A stretch of 64,000 nt of DNA. Source: a phage. The notes below the pieces were generated by a model, which was not told the DNA's origin, searched no databases, and saw nothing but the letters and a program-made list of their open reading frames with translations. The stretch's first letter is position 1, and every line of letters begins with the position of its first letter. Both the position numbers and the translations under genes were made by a program. Shown here piece after piece: positions 29,634 through 38,777 of the stretch. The stretch lies in the sequence record PZ386977.1. The stretch is one strand, 5' to 3'.

Positions 29634-30623
29634 TTATTTATAGTAAGAATTATGATTTTCGAGATAGACTTGCTCAAGGAAATCATCCCAGAAACTCATA
29701 TCTACTTTTTGTTGCATACCGTTCTTAGCGGCTTGTTCTGATGCTTGTTCAACTTGGTCAACGATATCTTCTAGGAATTCTTGTACAGTTTTAAACGTAT
29801 GTTTACCAAGCTTAACATCGAGAATAAATGGAGCATCCTGAAGCGGGTAAACCAGGTCGCCGGTTTTGTAAATTTCCAATAATTGAAGTCCACCACGACA
29901 TGCATGACTCAATGCTTTCCAGTCAATACCTTCGTTAGCTTCCGCCTTACGAGCACGTTCACCATAGTTCTCTTCCAGTTTAACCAGGATGGCATTGAAC
30001 TCTTTATTGGTTAACGTGTCTTGGAATTTACGGTCTAACAGATTATAGAATGTTTGCTTACCTGTTTTCTCGTTTTCGGTTTCAACCCATGAAGCAAATT
30101 CACCTACAGGCAGAACATTCTTCATATGTGATAAACGAATTACTGCACCATTATCAAAGTATTGTCCCCATTCATTAGAACGTTTAAGGGCTTGACGAAG
30201 AACAGCCAGTCGAGAACCCTTGACACCGTATTTAGAAGCTTGCTTACGGACATACCCTAAATAAGATTTCATGTTAGTGGTATAGAAACGAGACCTGTTA
30301 TCTTGAATATACTTCCATACATCAGGCAAATCAGATTTAACTACTAGACTTGGTGGAGTGTGAAGCATATCTAATGCAACAGTTTCACCATCCGCAGCTA
30401 GTTTAAAGAAATATTTGAGACTATACAACTCATGGTCCACGTCGTCTTTTGTGTTCTTAGAAGATGTGTTATTCGTGTTCTTGCTCATATGTTCTTTAAC
30501 GTTACCTGTCAAGATATCACGAGCATGAGGGACATAAATTTCTTTAAAATCAACGTCAGATTCAGGAGTAGATGTTCCATAAAGGTGGCTACCAAAGTAG
30601 CTTTTCATAATTGTTTTCATCAT
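29634..30623 (-). CDS. Pol-beta-superfamily nucleotidyltransferase
   Basis: 329 aa; YFGSHLYGTSTPESDVDF = G[S]x10DxD motif, downstream LDML acidic motif. Confidence 0.55.
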   Translation of the reverse strand: MMKTIMKSYFGSHLYGTSTPESDVDFKEIYVPHARDILTGNVKEHMSKNTNNTSSKNTKDDVDHELYSLKYFFKLAADGETVALDMLHTPPSLVVKSDLPDVWKYIQDNRSRFYTTNMKSYLGYVRKQASKYGVKGSRLAVLRQALKRSNEWGQYFDNGAVIRLSHMKNVLPVGEFASWVETENEKTGKQTFYNLLDRKFQDTLTNKEFNAILVKLEENYGERARKAEANEGIDWKALSHACRGGLQLLEIYKTGDLVYPLQDAPFILDVKLGKHTFKTVQEFLEDIVDQVEQASEQAAKNGMQQKVDMSFWDDFLEQVYLENHNSYYK

Positions 30624-31093
30624 TTAGCCTTATATTCAAGAGTAGGACAGACTTTTTCTTTACGAGCTTTAAGGTATTCACTTATTAATGATTTCTTACG
30701 TTCAATAGGCTCAAGTCCATTTTTAATTCGTTCTTGGTTTTGCGCAATGAGCTCAATTTCTTTATAATATTTTCTGTCGTTATATTTGTCTAACAACCAA
30801 GACGGACCAATTACCAACCCGGTAGCAATAAAAGCCATGACTGCTACAATTAAAATGCCTACACCAATTGAGGCTGGAACTAATGTCCATAGACTGCTAA
30901 AAACAAAGAATTTAGTTAAAATTTCGTGGCCAAAGATTGTGACTGCTGCTAAAATCGCAAATCCAATAATTGAAACAGCCAATACCGGGATTAACGTTTT
31001 CCAAAAATAAGCACACAACGTTTTCGGACGATTCCATGTACTATTGAACGCGGCATAAATTTTAAAGTGCCAAGAGTTTTCATTGATAATCAT
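30620..31093 (-). CDS. membrane protein
   Basis: 157 aa with three hydrophobic helices. Confidence 0.5.
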   Translation of the reverse strand: MIINENSWHFKIYAAFNSTWNRPKTLCAYFWKTLIPVLAVSIIGFAILAAVTIFGHEILTKFFVFSSLWTLVPASIGVGILIVAVMAFIATGLVIGPSWLLDKYNDRKYYKEIELIAQNQERIKNGLEPIERKKSLISEYLKARKEKVCPTLEYKAK

Positions 31094-31102
31094 AATAATT
31101 CC

Positions 31103-31645
31103 TTATTTCAAAGTTGGGATAATAGAATCGAGATAAGCTTTAAGAGCAACTGCTTCATCTTTGTCTAATGTAACGATATGTTGACGAAGGTCATCAATTT
31201 GACGAATAACTACAACATCGCCATCTTCATAAGAAGGATTAACGCCTAGGACTGTTGTATAGTCAGGGCGGTCCTGATTTGTAATAAAAGCATTACGGCA
31301 TTTAGCCCATTGAAGTTTGGCCTTTTTGGCTATTTCAGATTCCATTAATTCTTTCACCTTAGTGACGAATGTTTTCCAATTATTGATAGAAAGGCATTCA
31401 TCTTCTGTTTCGATATTAACCCCACTATAAAGACCGTGATAAAAACGAACTTGAAGGTCTTCATCGATGTTAATTACAGATGCATGGCCTGGCGGATTGA
31501 GTTTCAAAATCTTGTCCAGTTCCATAGGAAGAATAGTAACAGAATCATCTTCTTGTGTCAGAACATACACATAACCACGTTTTTCGATACATAAATCACC
31601 AAACAACTCGGTTGTTTCAATTACAATTTTCATATTATTCACCAA
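31103..31645 (-). CDS. hypothetical protein
   Basis: 180-aa ORF. Confidence 0.5.
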   Translation of the reverse strand: MVNNMKIVIETTELFGDLCIEKRGYVYVLTQEDDSVTILPMELDKILKLNPPGHASVINIDEDLQVRFYHGLYSGVNIETEDECLSINNWKTFVTKVKELMESEIAKKAKLQWAKCRNAFITNQDRPDYTTVLGVNPSYEDGDVVVIRQIDDLRQHIVTLDKDEAVALKAYLDSIIPTLK

Positions 31646-31978
31646 TTAAAGTTTCAACAAAATTCACCAAATCATTCAGACAAGCATCAACCTGTTTTTC
31701 ATAAAAGTCTTCGTTATCATTTACTGCATGATAAGCTACATCATTCAAATCTGAATCGGCTTCACGTAAGTTACGGATAAGTTCCATCAATTTATTAGCT
31801 TGTTCACGGGTCATTTTACCATACTCGTTTCAATAAGATTCACTATGCCGTTTACCATGTTATAAGTAAACATCGGATAATTGTATTGTACTACAACATA
31901 AGCGATAAGCAAAAGTTTCATTTTGTTCTCCATTCGTTTTGGTAGGACTACTATAACATAATCCTACCAAGATGTAAA

Positions 31979-32212
31979 CTACCGATTGTGTTTTAAATGT
32001 TGATAAAGTTCTTCAACTTGTTTTGGGTCCAAAACAATTAGGTCATTTTCTTGACGAAGATAAATCCATCCCTTATCCCCAGGACCATTTTTACAAAACA
32101 TTGCCACCATATCATCATCTTCAGCGCTTTCAGGTAAAAGTTCAACCACACCGTCTTCAGATTTTCCAGTATAATCGTAAAGCATAATATCCTCACATAA
32201 TCTCGTTAACAT
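31979..32212 (-). CDS. hypothetical protein
   Basis: 77-aa acidic ORF. Confidence 0.45.
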   Translation of the reverse strand: MLTRLCEDIMLYDYTGKSEDGVVELLPESAEDDDMVAMFCKNGPGDKGWIYLRQENDLIVLDPKQVEELYQHLKHNR

Positions 32213-32372
32213 ACATTTGCAATTCGGTGTGAGCGTCGGCCATCTTTTTCATAGCTCTGTTAATGTCGATGTCTCCATCTTCGCAACCATGAGCATTTTC
32301 CCAATCAGATACCGCATTAGCGTACTCTTCAATCAAAAACATCAACTTAGAAATCTTTTCTTTACGTGTCAT
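32193..32372 (-). CDS. hypothetical protein (59 aa)
   Basis: track ORF starts at TTG inside the promoter; trimmed to ATG preceded by GAGGAG SD. Confidence 0.4.
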   Translation of the reverse strand: MTRKEKISKLMFLIEEYANAVSDWENAHGCEDGDIDINRAMKKMADAHTELQMYVNEIM

Positions 32373-32399
32373 AACGTTCTCCTCTAGTAAGTAAGAACT

Positions 32400-32428
32400 A
32401 CTATAACACAACCTGAGGAGAAGTAAAC
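32400..32428 (-). promoter_or_regulatory. early promoter GTTTAC-N17-TATAGT
   Basis: minus-strand GTTTACTTCTCCTCAGGTTGTGTTATAGT. Confidence 0.5.
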
Positions 32429-32439
32429 TGATAGATGCC

Positions 32440-32466
32440 AAAAAGCCCCAACCATAAGGAAGGGGC
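32440..32466 (-). terminator. intrinsic terminator after rI
   Basis: minus-strand AGCCCCUUCCUUAUGGUUGGGGCU followed by UUUUU; near-copy of the 48203..48230 terminator. Confidence 0.55.
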
Positions 32467-32473
32467 TATTAAA

Positions 32474-32776
32474 TTAGATAGATGTAGGCTCTAATTTTAT
32501 TTTCATGAACTCAGCAAATTGTCTGGCGGTTTTTATGCCTTGTTCATGACATTCAAATGCATCATCACAGGGACTATTTTTGTAATGCTTTGCCATATAC
32601 TTATAGAATTTTTCAGAATTCTCGACATTTTGAATTTCAAACAAAGTATATACGTTTTTAATCCCTGATTCCATAAAGTTATCAAAATATGGGTCGATAT
32701 GTGCAGTACCAACGATAGGAGTTGTTGCTGCAAAAAACCCCAGCATCGCTATGACAGCTATCGCTCTTAAGGCCAT
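32474..32776 (-). CDS. rI: lysis-inhibition regulator rI
   Basis: MALRAIAVIAMLGFFA...HIDPYFDNFMESGIKNVYTLFE...PCDDAFECHEQG matches T4 RI. Confidence 0.8.
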   Translation of the reverse strand: MALRAIAVIAMLGFFAATTPIVGTAHIDPYFDNFMESGIKNVYTLFEIQNVENSEKFYKYMAKHYKNSPCDDAFECHEQGIKTARQFAEFMKIKLEPTSI

Positions 32777-32788
32777 ATAGGCCTCCTG

Positions 32789-33001
32789 TTAATTTTGGCC
32801 AGTATTTATTTTTCGCCTTTGGACGGCCTTAACATCTGTGAGGTATTTTTCCAGCTTGCGCTTGCGTGTATAATCAGCTTTAGAACCAGTTTGACGGATA
32901 TCCTCATTTAAATGAGAAATAGAATGTCCTAATTCTCTTCGGATTTCGTCTAATTGGGTTACAGTAAGATTACGAAGTTGTCTTTCGTTTAATTGCTGCA
33001 T
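32789..33001 (-). CDS. hypothetical basic protein
   Basis: 70-aa ORF. Confidence 0.45.
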   Translation of the reverse strand: MQQLNERQLRNLTVTQLDEIRRELGHSISHLNEDIRQTGSKADYTRKRKLEKYLTDVKAVQRRKINTGQN

Positions 33002-33028
33002 ATATACCTCTTGGTTAGATATTAGTAT

Positions 33029-33610
33029 TTATAACAACCCTGTCAAATCATTCCAATGCTTCCGGCATAATGACACGTATCTATCTGTATCGCCAATTTC
33101 AATTTGACTGCCATCTGTAATTGGAAGTCCGTCTTCCGTGACTCTAGCTACCATTGTGGCCTTTTTACCGCAATGACAGACACCTTTAAGTTCAACAAGC
33201 TTATCGGCAATAGCCATTAATGCTTGAGAACCTTCAAATAGATTACCTTTAAAATCTGTTCGTAGTCCATATGCCATTACTGGCACATTGTATACGTCAA
33301 CAATACGACTAAGTTGATACACCTTTTCAGTAGTTAAGAACTGAGCTTCGTCAACAAATACACAGTGAATATCCTTTTGTGCTGCAGCCCATTTATAAAA
33401 TTCAAAGATATCCATGTCTTTTGTAATTATATTGGCATCCTGACGAATACCAATACGAGAGACTATTTCACCTTTTGAATCGCGAGTATCAATAGCCGGT
33501 TTAAGAACTAATACACCCATGCCACGTTCTTTATAGTTATGTGCGGCAGTAAGTAATGAAGCAGACTTACCAGCGTTCATAGCGGCATAGGTAAAAATTA
33601 AACTAGCCAT
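33029..33610 (-). CDS. tk: thymidine kinase
   Basis: 193 aa; Walker A AAMNAGKSA; C-terminal Zn motif CHCGKKA...CRKH. Confidence 0.92.
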   Translation of the reverse strand: MASLIFTYAAMNAGKSASLLTAAHNYKERGMGVLVLKPAIDTRDSKGEIVSRIGIRQDANIITKDMDIFEFYKWAAAQKDIHCVFVDEAQFLTTEKVYQLSRIVDVYNVPVMAYGLRTDFKGNLFEGSQALMAIADKLVELKGVCHCGKKATMVARVTEDGLPITDGSQIEIGDTDRYVSLCRKHWNDLTGLL

Positions 33611-33619
33611 AAGAGTCCC

Positions 33620-33802
33620 TTATAGTGAATTCACGTAGTCAATGAGTTCTTGTTCTTTCCTGTCAAATGATTCCATCAATGCTTGATATTCTTCGTCTGT
33701 TAAAGGAGCATATTCATCGTACGCATTGGTGGCTGCTTGTTCATCCAATAGGTCATGGATAAGTTCGAACAGTTTAGCTTTCTCTTCTTTAGTTAATTTC
33801 AT
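33620..33802 (-). CDS. hypothetical protein
   Basis: 60-aa acidic ORF. Confidence 0.4.
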   Translation of the reverse strand: MKLTKEEKAKLFELIHDLLDEQAATNAYDEYAPLTDEEYQALMESFDRKEQELIDYVNSL

Positions 33803-34011
33803 TTAGGTTCACCTTCTTTAACGAAATCTGGGTAAGGGTAAAATCCTGAGTAAAATCCTTCACCTTTATGATTGCTACAACCTTTGTTCGAACAGTAACA
33901 CCAATAATCAAAATCACAAGCCATTTCGTCATTGCATAAAGCAAAAACTACAGGCCATTCGCATTTTTCGCATTTAGCACCTGTAAGAATTTTTGTTTGG
34001 CTCATAACCAT
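33799..34011 (-). CDS. Cys-rich small protein
   Basis: 70 aa with 9 Cys (CEKCEW, CNDEMACDFDYWCYCSNKGC). Confidence 0.45.
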   Translation of the reverse strand: MVMSQTKILTGAKCEKCEWPVVFALCNDEMACDFDYWCYCSNKGCSNHKGEGFYSGFYPYPDFVKEGEPK

Positions 34012-34229
34012 GTCACCTTTAAACAGTATTCTTCTACATGCTGTTTACGACCTTTCTTATCAATAAAGGTATATTCAACGAATGTTCCAATGTAGTCTTT
34101 ATCTACATCATGTGGACTATTAATTGGACATTTAGTACGACAAATGAGTTCCCATTGACGAATAATTACTGCCTTATTCTTTGGGTCGTATGGATGTGGA
34201 TAATGTATATTCATAATAATGGTTCCCAA
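34002..34229 (-). CDS. hypothetical protein
   Basis: 75-aa ORF. Confidence 0.4.
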   Translation of the reverse strand: MGTIIMNIHYPHPYDPKNKAVIIRQWELICRTKCPINSPHDVDKDYIGTFVEYTFIDKKGRKQHVEEYCLKVTWL

Positions 34230-34678
34230 TCAACAATCACAATTTCTAGTTTAGTGGAATATGTATCAAGAATTTCTTCAATGATATCCCAGTTTCCACC
34301 ACCTATACCTGCACCAATTCTTGGCATATAAATTACAGGCTTTGTTATCTTATTTTTTCCGAATTCATTTAATTCTATTATACAATTCATTAAAGCATAG
34401 TACTCAAAATTAGGTCCCGGCTCAAACTGTGTATAAAGATTAAAGCAATAAGCTTTATGGGTCTTAAAATATTTTTCATAAACCGAATAAGTCCCGAGTT
34501 TAGACTCGTCTCCTAATTCGGTTTGAAGTTTATCGGCTTCTAAAATTTTTGGATAAGCCTTTGCCAATTGACCTGCTACACCGGCGCCCATTGTATGAAA
34601 ACAATTGCACCCATGAGCAATATTATTACCTTTAGAAAACAGGGCGACAATATCGCCCTTGATATAGTTTTTAATCAC
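34211..34678 (-). CDS. macro-domain (ADP-ribose-binding/processing) protein
   Basis: 155 aa; NIAHGCNCFHTMGAGVAGQL and PRIGAGIGGGNW glycine-rich loops typical of macro domains. Confidence 0.55.
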   Translation of the reverse strand: MIKNYIKGDIVALFSKGNNIAHGCNCFHTMGAGVAGQLAKAYPKILEADKLQTELGDESKLGTYSVYEKYFKTHKAYCFNLYTQFEPGPNFEYYALMNCIIELNEFGKNKITKPVIYMPRIGAGIGGGNWDIIEEILDTYSTKLEIVIVDWEPLL

Positions 34679-35018
34679 TTGCTACAAGTCCTCTAGTATA
34701 AGAGTCAACTAGACGGTCCACCATAGAATTGCATGCTGCCTTATCTTTAGGTTCCGCCACCGAGCATTCTAATATTTGCCATTTTTTATAGTATCTTTTA
34801 ATTAAGGTAGACGCCTTGAACCTACTAGACGCCCCATCTTTTTCTCCGTCTTTATACGCATATAACAATTTTTGTGAAAAATCTACTTTACACTCTTGAC
34901 TTTTACCACAATAATCAGACGCCGTTCTGTTTGTATACTCCGTTACATCAGTATATGTAGTATTAGCAAGAGCGTTAAATGAAACCAAGCCAACTATTAA
35001 AGCCAACATTTTGGTCAT
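34671..35018 (-). CDS. secreted protein
   Basis: 115 aa; signal peptide MTKMLALIVGLVSFNALA. Confidence 0.5.
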   Translation of the reverse strand: MTKMLALIVGLVSFNALANTTYTDVTEYTNRTASDYCGKSQECKVDFSQKLLYAYKDGEKDGASSRFKASTLIKRYYKKWQILECSVAEPKDKAACNSMVDRLVDSYTRGLVASD

Positions 35019-35557
35019 TCTTTTATTTCCAGTAGTTTATTTGATTTAAGGTAATTAGCCTTTTCTAGGACTTCAGAAGCATATTTACTTCCAGCACTTG
35101 TCTTCCATCCCGCATTGTATGAGGATATAGCTTTTCTTATATCCCCATTATGTATATTTAACCAATAAGAAAATTCGATATAAGCCCATCTGGTTGAATT
35201 AGACCGCTTAGATAGCATTTTCTTAATTTGGGCATCAGTCATATTATAACCAAGCTGGTTAATTCTTGCCCTCATTGTTGGTAGATAATTTTGGAACATT
35301 CCATACGCATGGTGACCTTTCTTATCTTTAAGATTAATACCAGCAGATGATTCCTGCCATAGTATTGCGGCCATTATGTATCCAAGTCCTTTCTTATGCA
35401 TATTTTCATGCGTTTTAAATTTTCCATCCTTAGAAAACTGTTCCCCAAACTGATAAGCATAATTCAAGTTATCGAGTTGGACATTACTAAAAGTATGCTC
35501 GGAGCTATGTGCTGATAATGAAAGAGCAAATAGACCAGCGAGTAGTGCTTTTCTCAT
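35015..35557 (-). CDS. secreted lytic transglycosylase-like protein (SLT domain)
   Basis: signal peptide MRKALLAGLFALSLSAHS; WQESS catalytic-Glu motif, GMFQ, YNAG. Confidence 0.55.
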   Translation of the reverse strand: MRKALLAGLFALSLSAHSSEHTFSNVQLDNLNYAYQFGEQFSKDGKFKTHENMHKKGLGYIMAAILWQESSAGINLKDKKGHHAYGMFQNYLPTMRARINQLGYNMTDAQIKKMLSKRSNSTRWAYIEFSYWLNIHNGDIRKAISSYNAGWKTSAGSKYASEVLEKANYLKSNKLLEIKE

Positions 35558-35565
35558 GTTTACCT

Positions 35566-36024
35566 CTAGATTTTAATCACTGCTTTAGAAGCTTTTCCTG
35601 GTAGTCGTTTACTGTTAATAATAGCCATTCTGCATTGAAGAGTCTTCATTTTGAATGCCGGATTTTCGCGACAAACTGTAAGTCCTAACCAAAGATTTCC
35701 ATCAGTTATTTCTAAACGGCCTGGACGATACTCGACACCTTCGTCAAAATCTTCATCAACATCTGGACGTGCCGGCATTGATAAAAATTCTGCAACTTCT
35801 TTAACATGATTTTTTACTTTATGAAATAATTCAAAAACGTAATTCTCATCTATTTCTCTCTGGATGGCACGATCTAAGAGATGTTGAGAATACTTGATAT
35901 GAAAGCCTGGTAGTCCAAGAGACTTTGCAGCATCTTTTATACCGGCATTTATTTTGCGGAACTCCGTTTCAAAGATTCGACGGAGTTTATTACGGCGGAT
36001 AAAAACGTCTGAATTGATAGTCAT
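35566..36024 (-). CDS. regB: endoribonuclease RegB
   Basis: MTINSDVFIRRNKLRRIFETEFRKINAGIKD...LDRAIQREIDENYVFELFHKVK matches T4 RegB. Confidence 0.85.
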   Translation of the reverse strand: MTINSDVFIRRNKLRRIFETEFRKINAGIKDAAKSLGLPGFHIKYSQHLLDRAIQREIDENYVFELFHKVKNHVKEVAEFLSMPARPDVDEDFDEGVEYRPGRLEITDGNLWLGLTVCRENPAFKMKTLQCRMAIINSKRLPGKASKAVIKI

Positions 36025-36086
36025 TTTTGATTTCTCCTCTAGTTGACAGGTCTATAGTAACACAACTAGAGGAGAAGTAAACTACT

Positions 36087-36302
36087 TTATTGATAAAATG
36101 GAGTTAAAGCCCAAGATTCTTTAGATACTATATTGGCGAAATGCCTCATCTCTTCGATTTGGCGGCGGCGCTGGTCGGCATAATCTTCTTCGCCTTCTTC
36201 CTTACAATCTTCAAGGTCTTCTTCAAGATACTTTAAGTATTCACTACAAATTTTGTTGACCTTTTCTTGAAAGTCCAATAACCCAGTAATAGTAGAAGCC
36301 AT
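36087..36302 (-). CDS. hypothetical acidic protein
   Basis: 71-aa ORF. Confidence 0.45.
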   Translation of the reverse strand: MASTITGLLDFQEKVNKICSEYLKYLEEDLEDCKEEGEEDYADQRRRQIEEMRHFANIVSKESWALTPFYQ

Positions 36303-36568
36303 TAGTATTTTTCCTCAGGTCGAAATACTGCACGACACGCCCACATGCTGGCTTCTTTTAGATGTTGCTTAGCATACTTAAGAGCCTGCACTGCATCCAT
36401 ATCTTCTTTGGTTTGTTGCTCTGTTTCATTTTCTTTCAAGATATATGCTTCTTCAATCAGAGCATCAAACATCAATCCAAGACGGACTTCTGCATCTTTA
36501 ATAGCGTTAACTTTGCTGATTTTGTCATCGGTGTGCGGTTTGTAACCTTTAATATCTTCAATCGACAT
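36302..36568 (-). CDS. hypothetical helical protein (88 aa)
   Basis: track ORF 36302..36736 trimmed to internal ATG; 5' extension overlaps next ORF. Confidence 0.4.
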   Translation of the reverse strand: MSIEDIKGYKPHTDDKISKVNAIKDAEVRLGLMFDALIEEAYILKENETEQQTKEDMDAVQALKYAKQHLKEASMWACRAVFRPEEKY

Positions 36569-36782
36569 AAGGAATTTCCTCATCGGTAGCAAGGTCGTAT
36601 TCGACCAATTGGATAGGCTCATTAATACCATATCCACGTACAGTGATATCAGTTGTCGGATAGTTTCCAGTAATATCACCCATTCTAAATGCTTCAGTGA
36701 ATGATTGCTCGCCTGAGCAACTAAACCAGGCGGCAAAGCATTTTAAAACATCTTCAGACCCTTCTATAATCAATTTAGCCAT
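36558..36782 (-). CDS. hypothetical protein
   Basis: 74-aa ORF. Confidence 0.45.
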   Translation of the reverse strand: MAKLIIEGSEDVLKCFAAWFSCSGEQSFTEAFRMGDITGNYPTTDITVRGYGINEPIQLVEYDLATDEEIPYVD

Positions 36783-37144
36783 TATAGACTCTCAGTAAAG
36801 GTACGAGCGATAACGTCGCGTTGCTGTTCTGGAGTCAGAGAGTTAAAGCGAACTGCATAACCGGATACACGGATGGTCAGCTGCGGATATTTTTCCGGAT
36901 GCTTAACTGCATCTTCCAGAGTTTCACGACGCAGAACATTAACGTTCAGGTGTTGACCACCTTCAATTTTAACTTTAGGTTGATGTTCAATTTCAATTTC
37001 ACGGGCATTCAAACCGTAGAAAATTTCCGGGTCTACAATAGCGTCTTCTTTAAAAGACTTAGAGACAATAATCCGGGCCTGAGTACCGTCTTCAAAATAA
37101 ATAGTGCCTTTATGTGCACCTTCAAGAATTTGATATGCTTTCAT
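36782..37144 (-). CDS. autonomous glycyl-radical cofactor (GrcA/YfiD-like)
   Basis: 120 aa; C-terminal RVSGYAV glycyl-radical motif. Confidence 0.8.
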   Translation of the reverse strand: MKAYQILEGAHKGTIYFEDGTQARIIVSKSFKEDAIVDPEIFYGLNAREIEIEHQPKVKIEGGQHLNVNVLRRETLEDAVKHPEKYPQLTIRVSGYAVRFNSLTPEQQRDVIARTFTESL

Positions 37145-37150
37145 ATAACC

Positions 37151-37459
37151 TCAATTAGAAAATAAATTTATCCAAGATTTTTCTTTAATCAAAAATGGGT
37201 CGGAATTAAACGCCATTAAACTTTGAGTGATTAATCCCTTAAATGGCCCGTCAATAAATTCCATTTTGAAATGCGGAATACTAGTCATCAACCGTGCATT
37301 AGGAGCAGTACAAAGAACCTGCTGCCCTGCAAACGGCCCTTTAGTCAAACGGTATCGTTTAGGTTTAAAATGGTAAATCTCGTAATTTTCTACAAGAGCC
37401 CTTTTATTGCATACTGGGCTGTTATAACAATACTCGAAAACTTCAATAGTGGTCATCAT
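37151..37459 (-). CDS. hypothetical protein
   Basis: 102-aa ORF. Confidence 0.5.
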   Translation of the reverse strand: MMTTIEVFEYCYNSPVCNKRALVENYEIYHFKPKRYRLTKGPFAGQQVLCTAPNARLMTSIPHFKMEFIDGPFKGLITQSLMAFNSDPFLIKEKSWINLFSN

Positions 37460-37995
37460 TGCATTCCAATCACAAAAAATTGAGGACGAGCATTACCGCC
37501 GATGCAATATTTGCTTTTGCAGCAGTGCTGTACTGTTTTAATGTGGACATTGTAAATCTTATCCATATCAGGAGCTTTAATAGGCTCGTCAATTATATAC
37601 AGAATACGAGAAAGCGTTAATCCACGGAATTTAGAACCTTCATTGCCAATAAAACTACGAACAGAATCAGTAAATAAACGGAATCGAATATCGTCGCTAG
37701 AATAACGAGAAAATTCTTTTTCAATGTTGCCAGCAGAAATTTTAGCATAAGCTGAAGTATTAGAAAGAACAATAACTGTTCCGCCATCATACAGCCAATT
37801 AGCAGCAAAGTTAGTCACAGCAATTGATTTACCTGATTGTCGGCCGCCGTCTAAACGAAGTGTACAGTACTGCTTGAGTACGTCTTCAAATGGTGGGACA
37901 TAACCGTTCTTACAAATTTCTTCTACTCTAGCATCAGAATGGTGTGTAAAAGCATTCATCAGGGATAGATAAGGTCCGGTTAAAAATGTTCTCAT
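37456..37995 (-). CDS. hypothetical protein (possible P-loop GGRQSGKS)
   Basis: 179-aa ORF. Confidence 0.5.
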   Translation of the reverse strand: MRTFLTGPYLSLMNAFTHHSDARVEEICKNGYVPPFEDVLKQYCTLRLDGGRQSGKSIAVTNFAANWLYDGGTVIVLSNTSAYAKISAGNIEKEFSRYSSDDIRFRLFTDSVRSFIGNEGSKFRGLTLSRILYIIDEPIKAPDMDKIYNVHIKTVQHCCKSKYCIGGNARPQFFVIGMQ

Positions 37996-38173
37996 TTAGT
38001 TTCTCTTAAGGTTGGGGCCATTCCGTGGCACATGAATTGTCCATTTCTGTATTTACCCATTACCGCACTTGGGCTCGACCTTATTACAGGTTGGCGGGAA
38101 TCCCTCATAGAATCATGAGGTCCAGGTTGTTCCCATGTTATTTAAATGTAAATATGCCTAAGTATAGGCCTTA

Positions 38174-38752
38174 TTAATTACCACGGGCTGCATTAGCAAC
38201 GGCGTAAGCGTACTGAACATTAGCGTCTTTAAATGTACCTTTAGAGGTATCTATTTCTGCCTTAAAGCCGCCTTTAGCCATAACATCGGCAAATTCTTTA
38301 CGGAAAGCCATTGCATCAAGACCTTTCCATGATGATTTATGCTTGGCAAATTCAAGACCAGCGAAATTGACCGCTTTAGCCAGTTTATTATCAATAACCC
38401 ATTTACCGGCTTTAGGCACAAACTTCGGGCCTTTTTGTTTAGAGAATAGTTTTAAATTCCATCGACGAAGGTCACTGTCTGCTTTAACAAAAGCTGCGTC
38501 TAAGTTACTAGCAACAACATCTTCAATATGGGCAAATTTAAGTCCGTCAACTTCAATATTTAGATCGTTACGCCAGCGAAGTCCTTCCCAAGCGAAGGCT
38601 TTAAAGTCGGAAGCCTTTGTAGCTAAGTACCGTTCAATAGGAGCTGTTTTAGGGTCAAAGCCGTTTCCGCCACGATAAGTCCACTCGTCCTTATTAATGC
38701 CTTGAGCTTTTCCTGCAAAGGCTTCGGCGATAAATTCTTTATACGTTTTCAT
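38174..38752 (-). CDS. internal head protein (IPIII-like) with capsid-targeting leader
   Basis: 192 aa; starts MKTYKEFIAE| (prohead-protease LxE-type site). Confidence 0.75.
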   Translation of the reverse strand: MKTYKEFIAEAFAGKAQGINKDEWTYRGGNGFDPKTAPIERYLATKASDFKAFAWEGLRWRNDLNIEVDGLKFAHIEDVVASNLDAAFVKADSDLRRWNLKLFSKQKGPKFVPKAGKWVIDNKLAKAVNFAGLEFAKHKSSWKGLDAMAFRKEFADVMAKGGFKAEIDTSKGTFKDANVQYAYAVANAARGN

Positions 38753-38777
38753 TTTGTTCCTATTTATTTAATTTATG

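Noticed and set aside
32372-32441. TTG-initiated 5' extension of the ORF at 32193
   Set aside because: Extension runs through the promoter -10/-35 elements and terminator T-tract
36302-37995. Acb2-type cyclic-oligonucleotide sponge among the small ORFs after regB
   Set aside because: T4 Acb2 (vs.4) is expected in this neighbourhood, but I cannot assign any of the small ORFs to it from sequence alone
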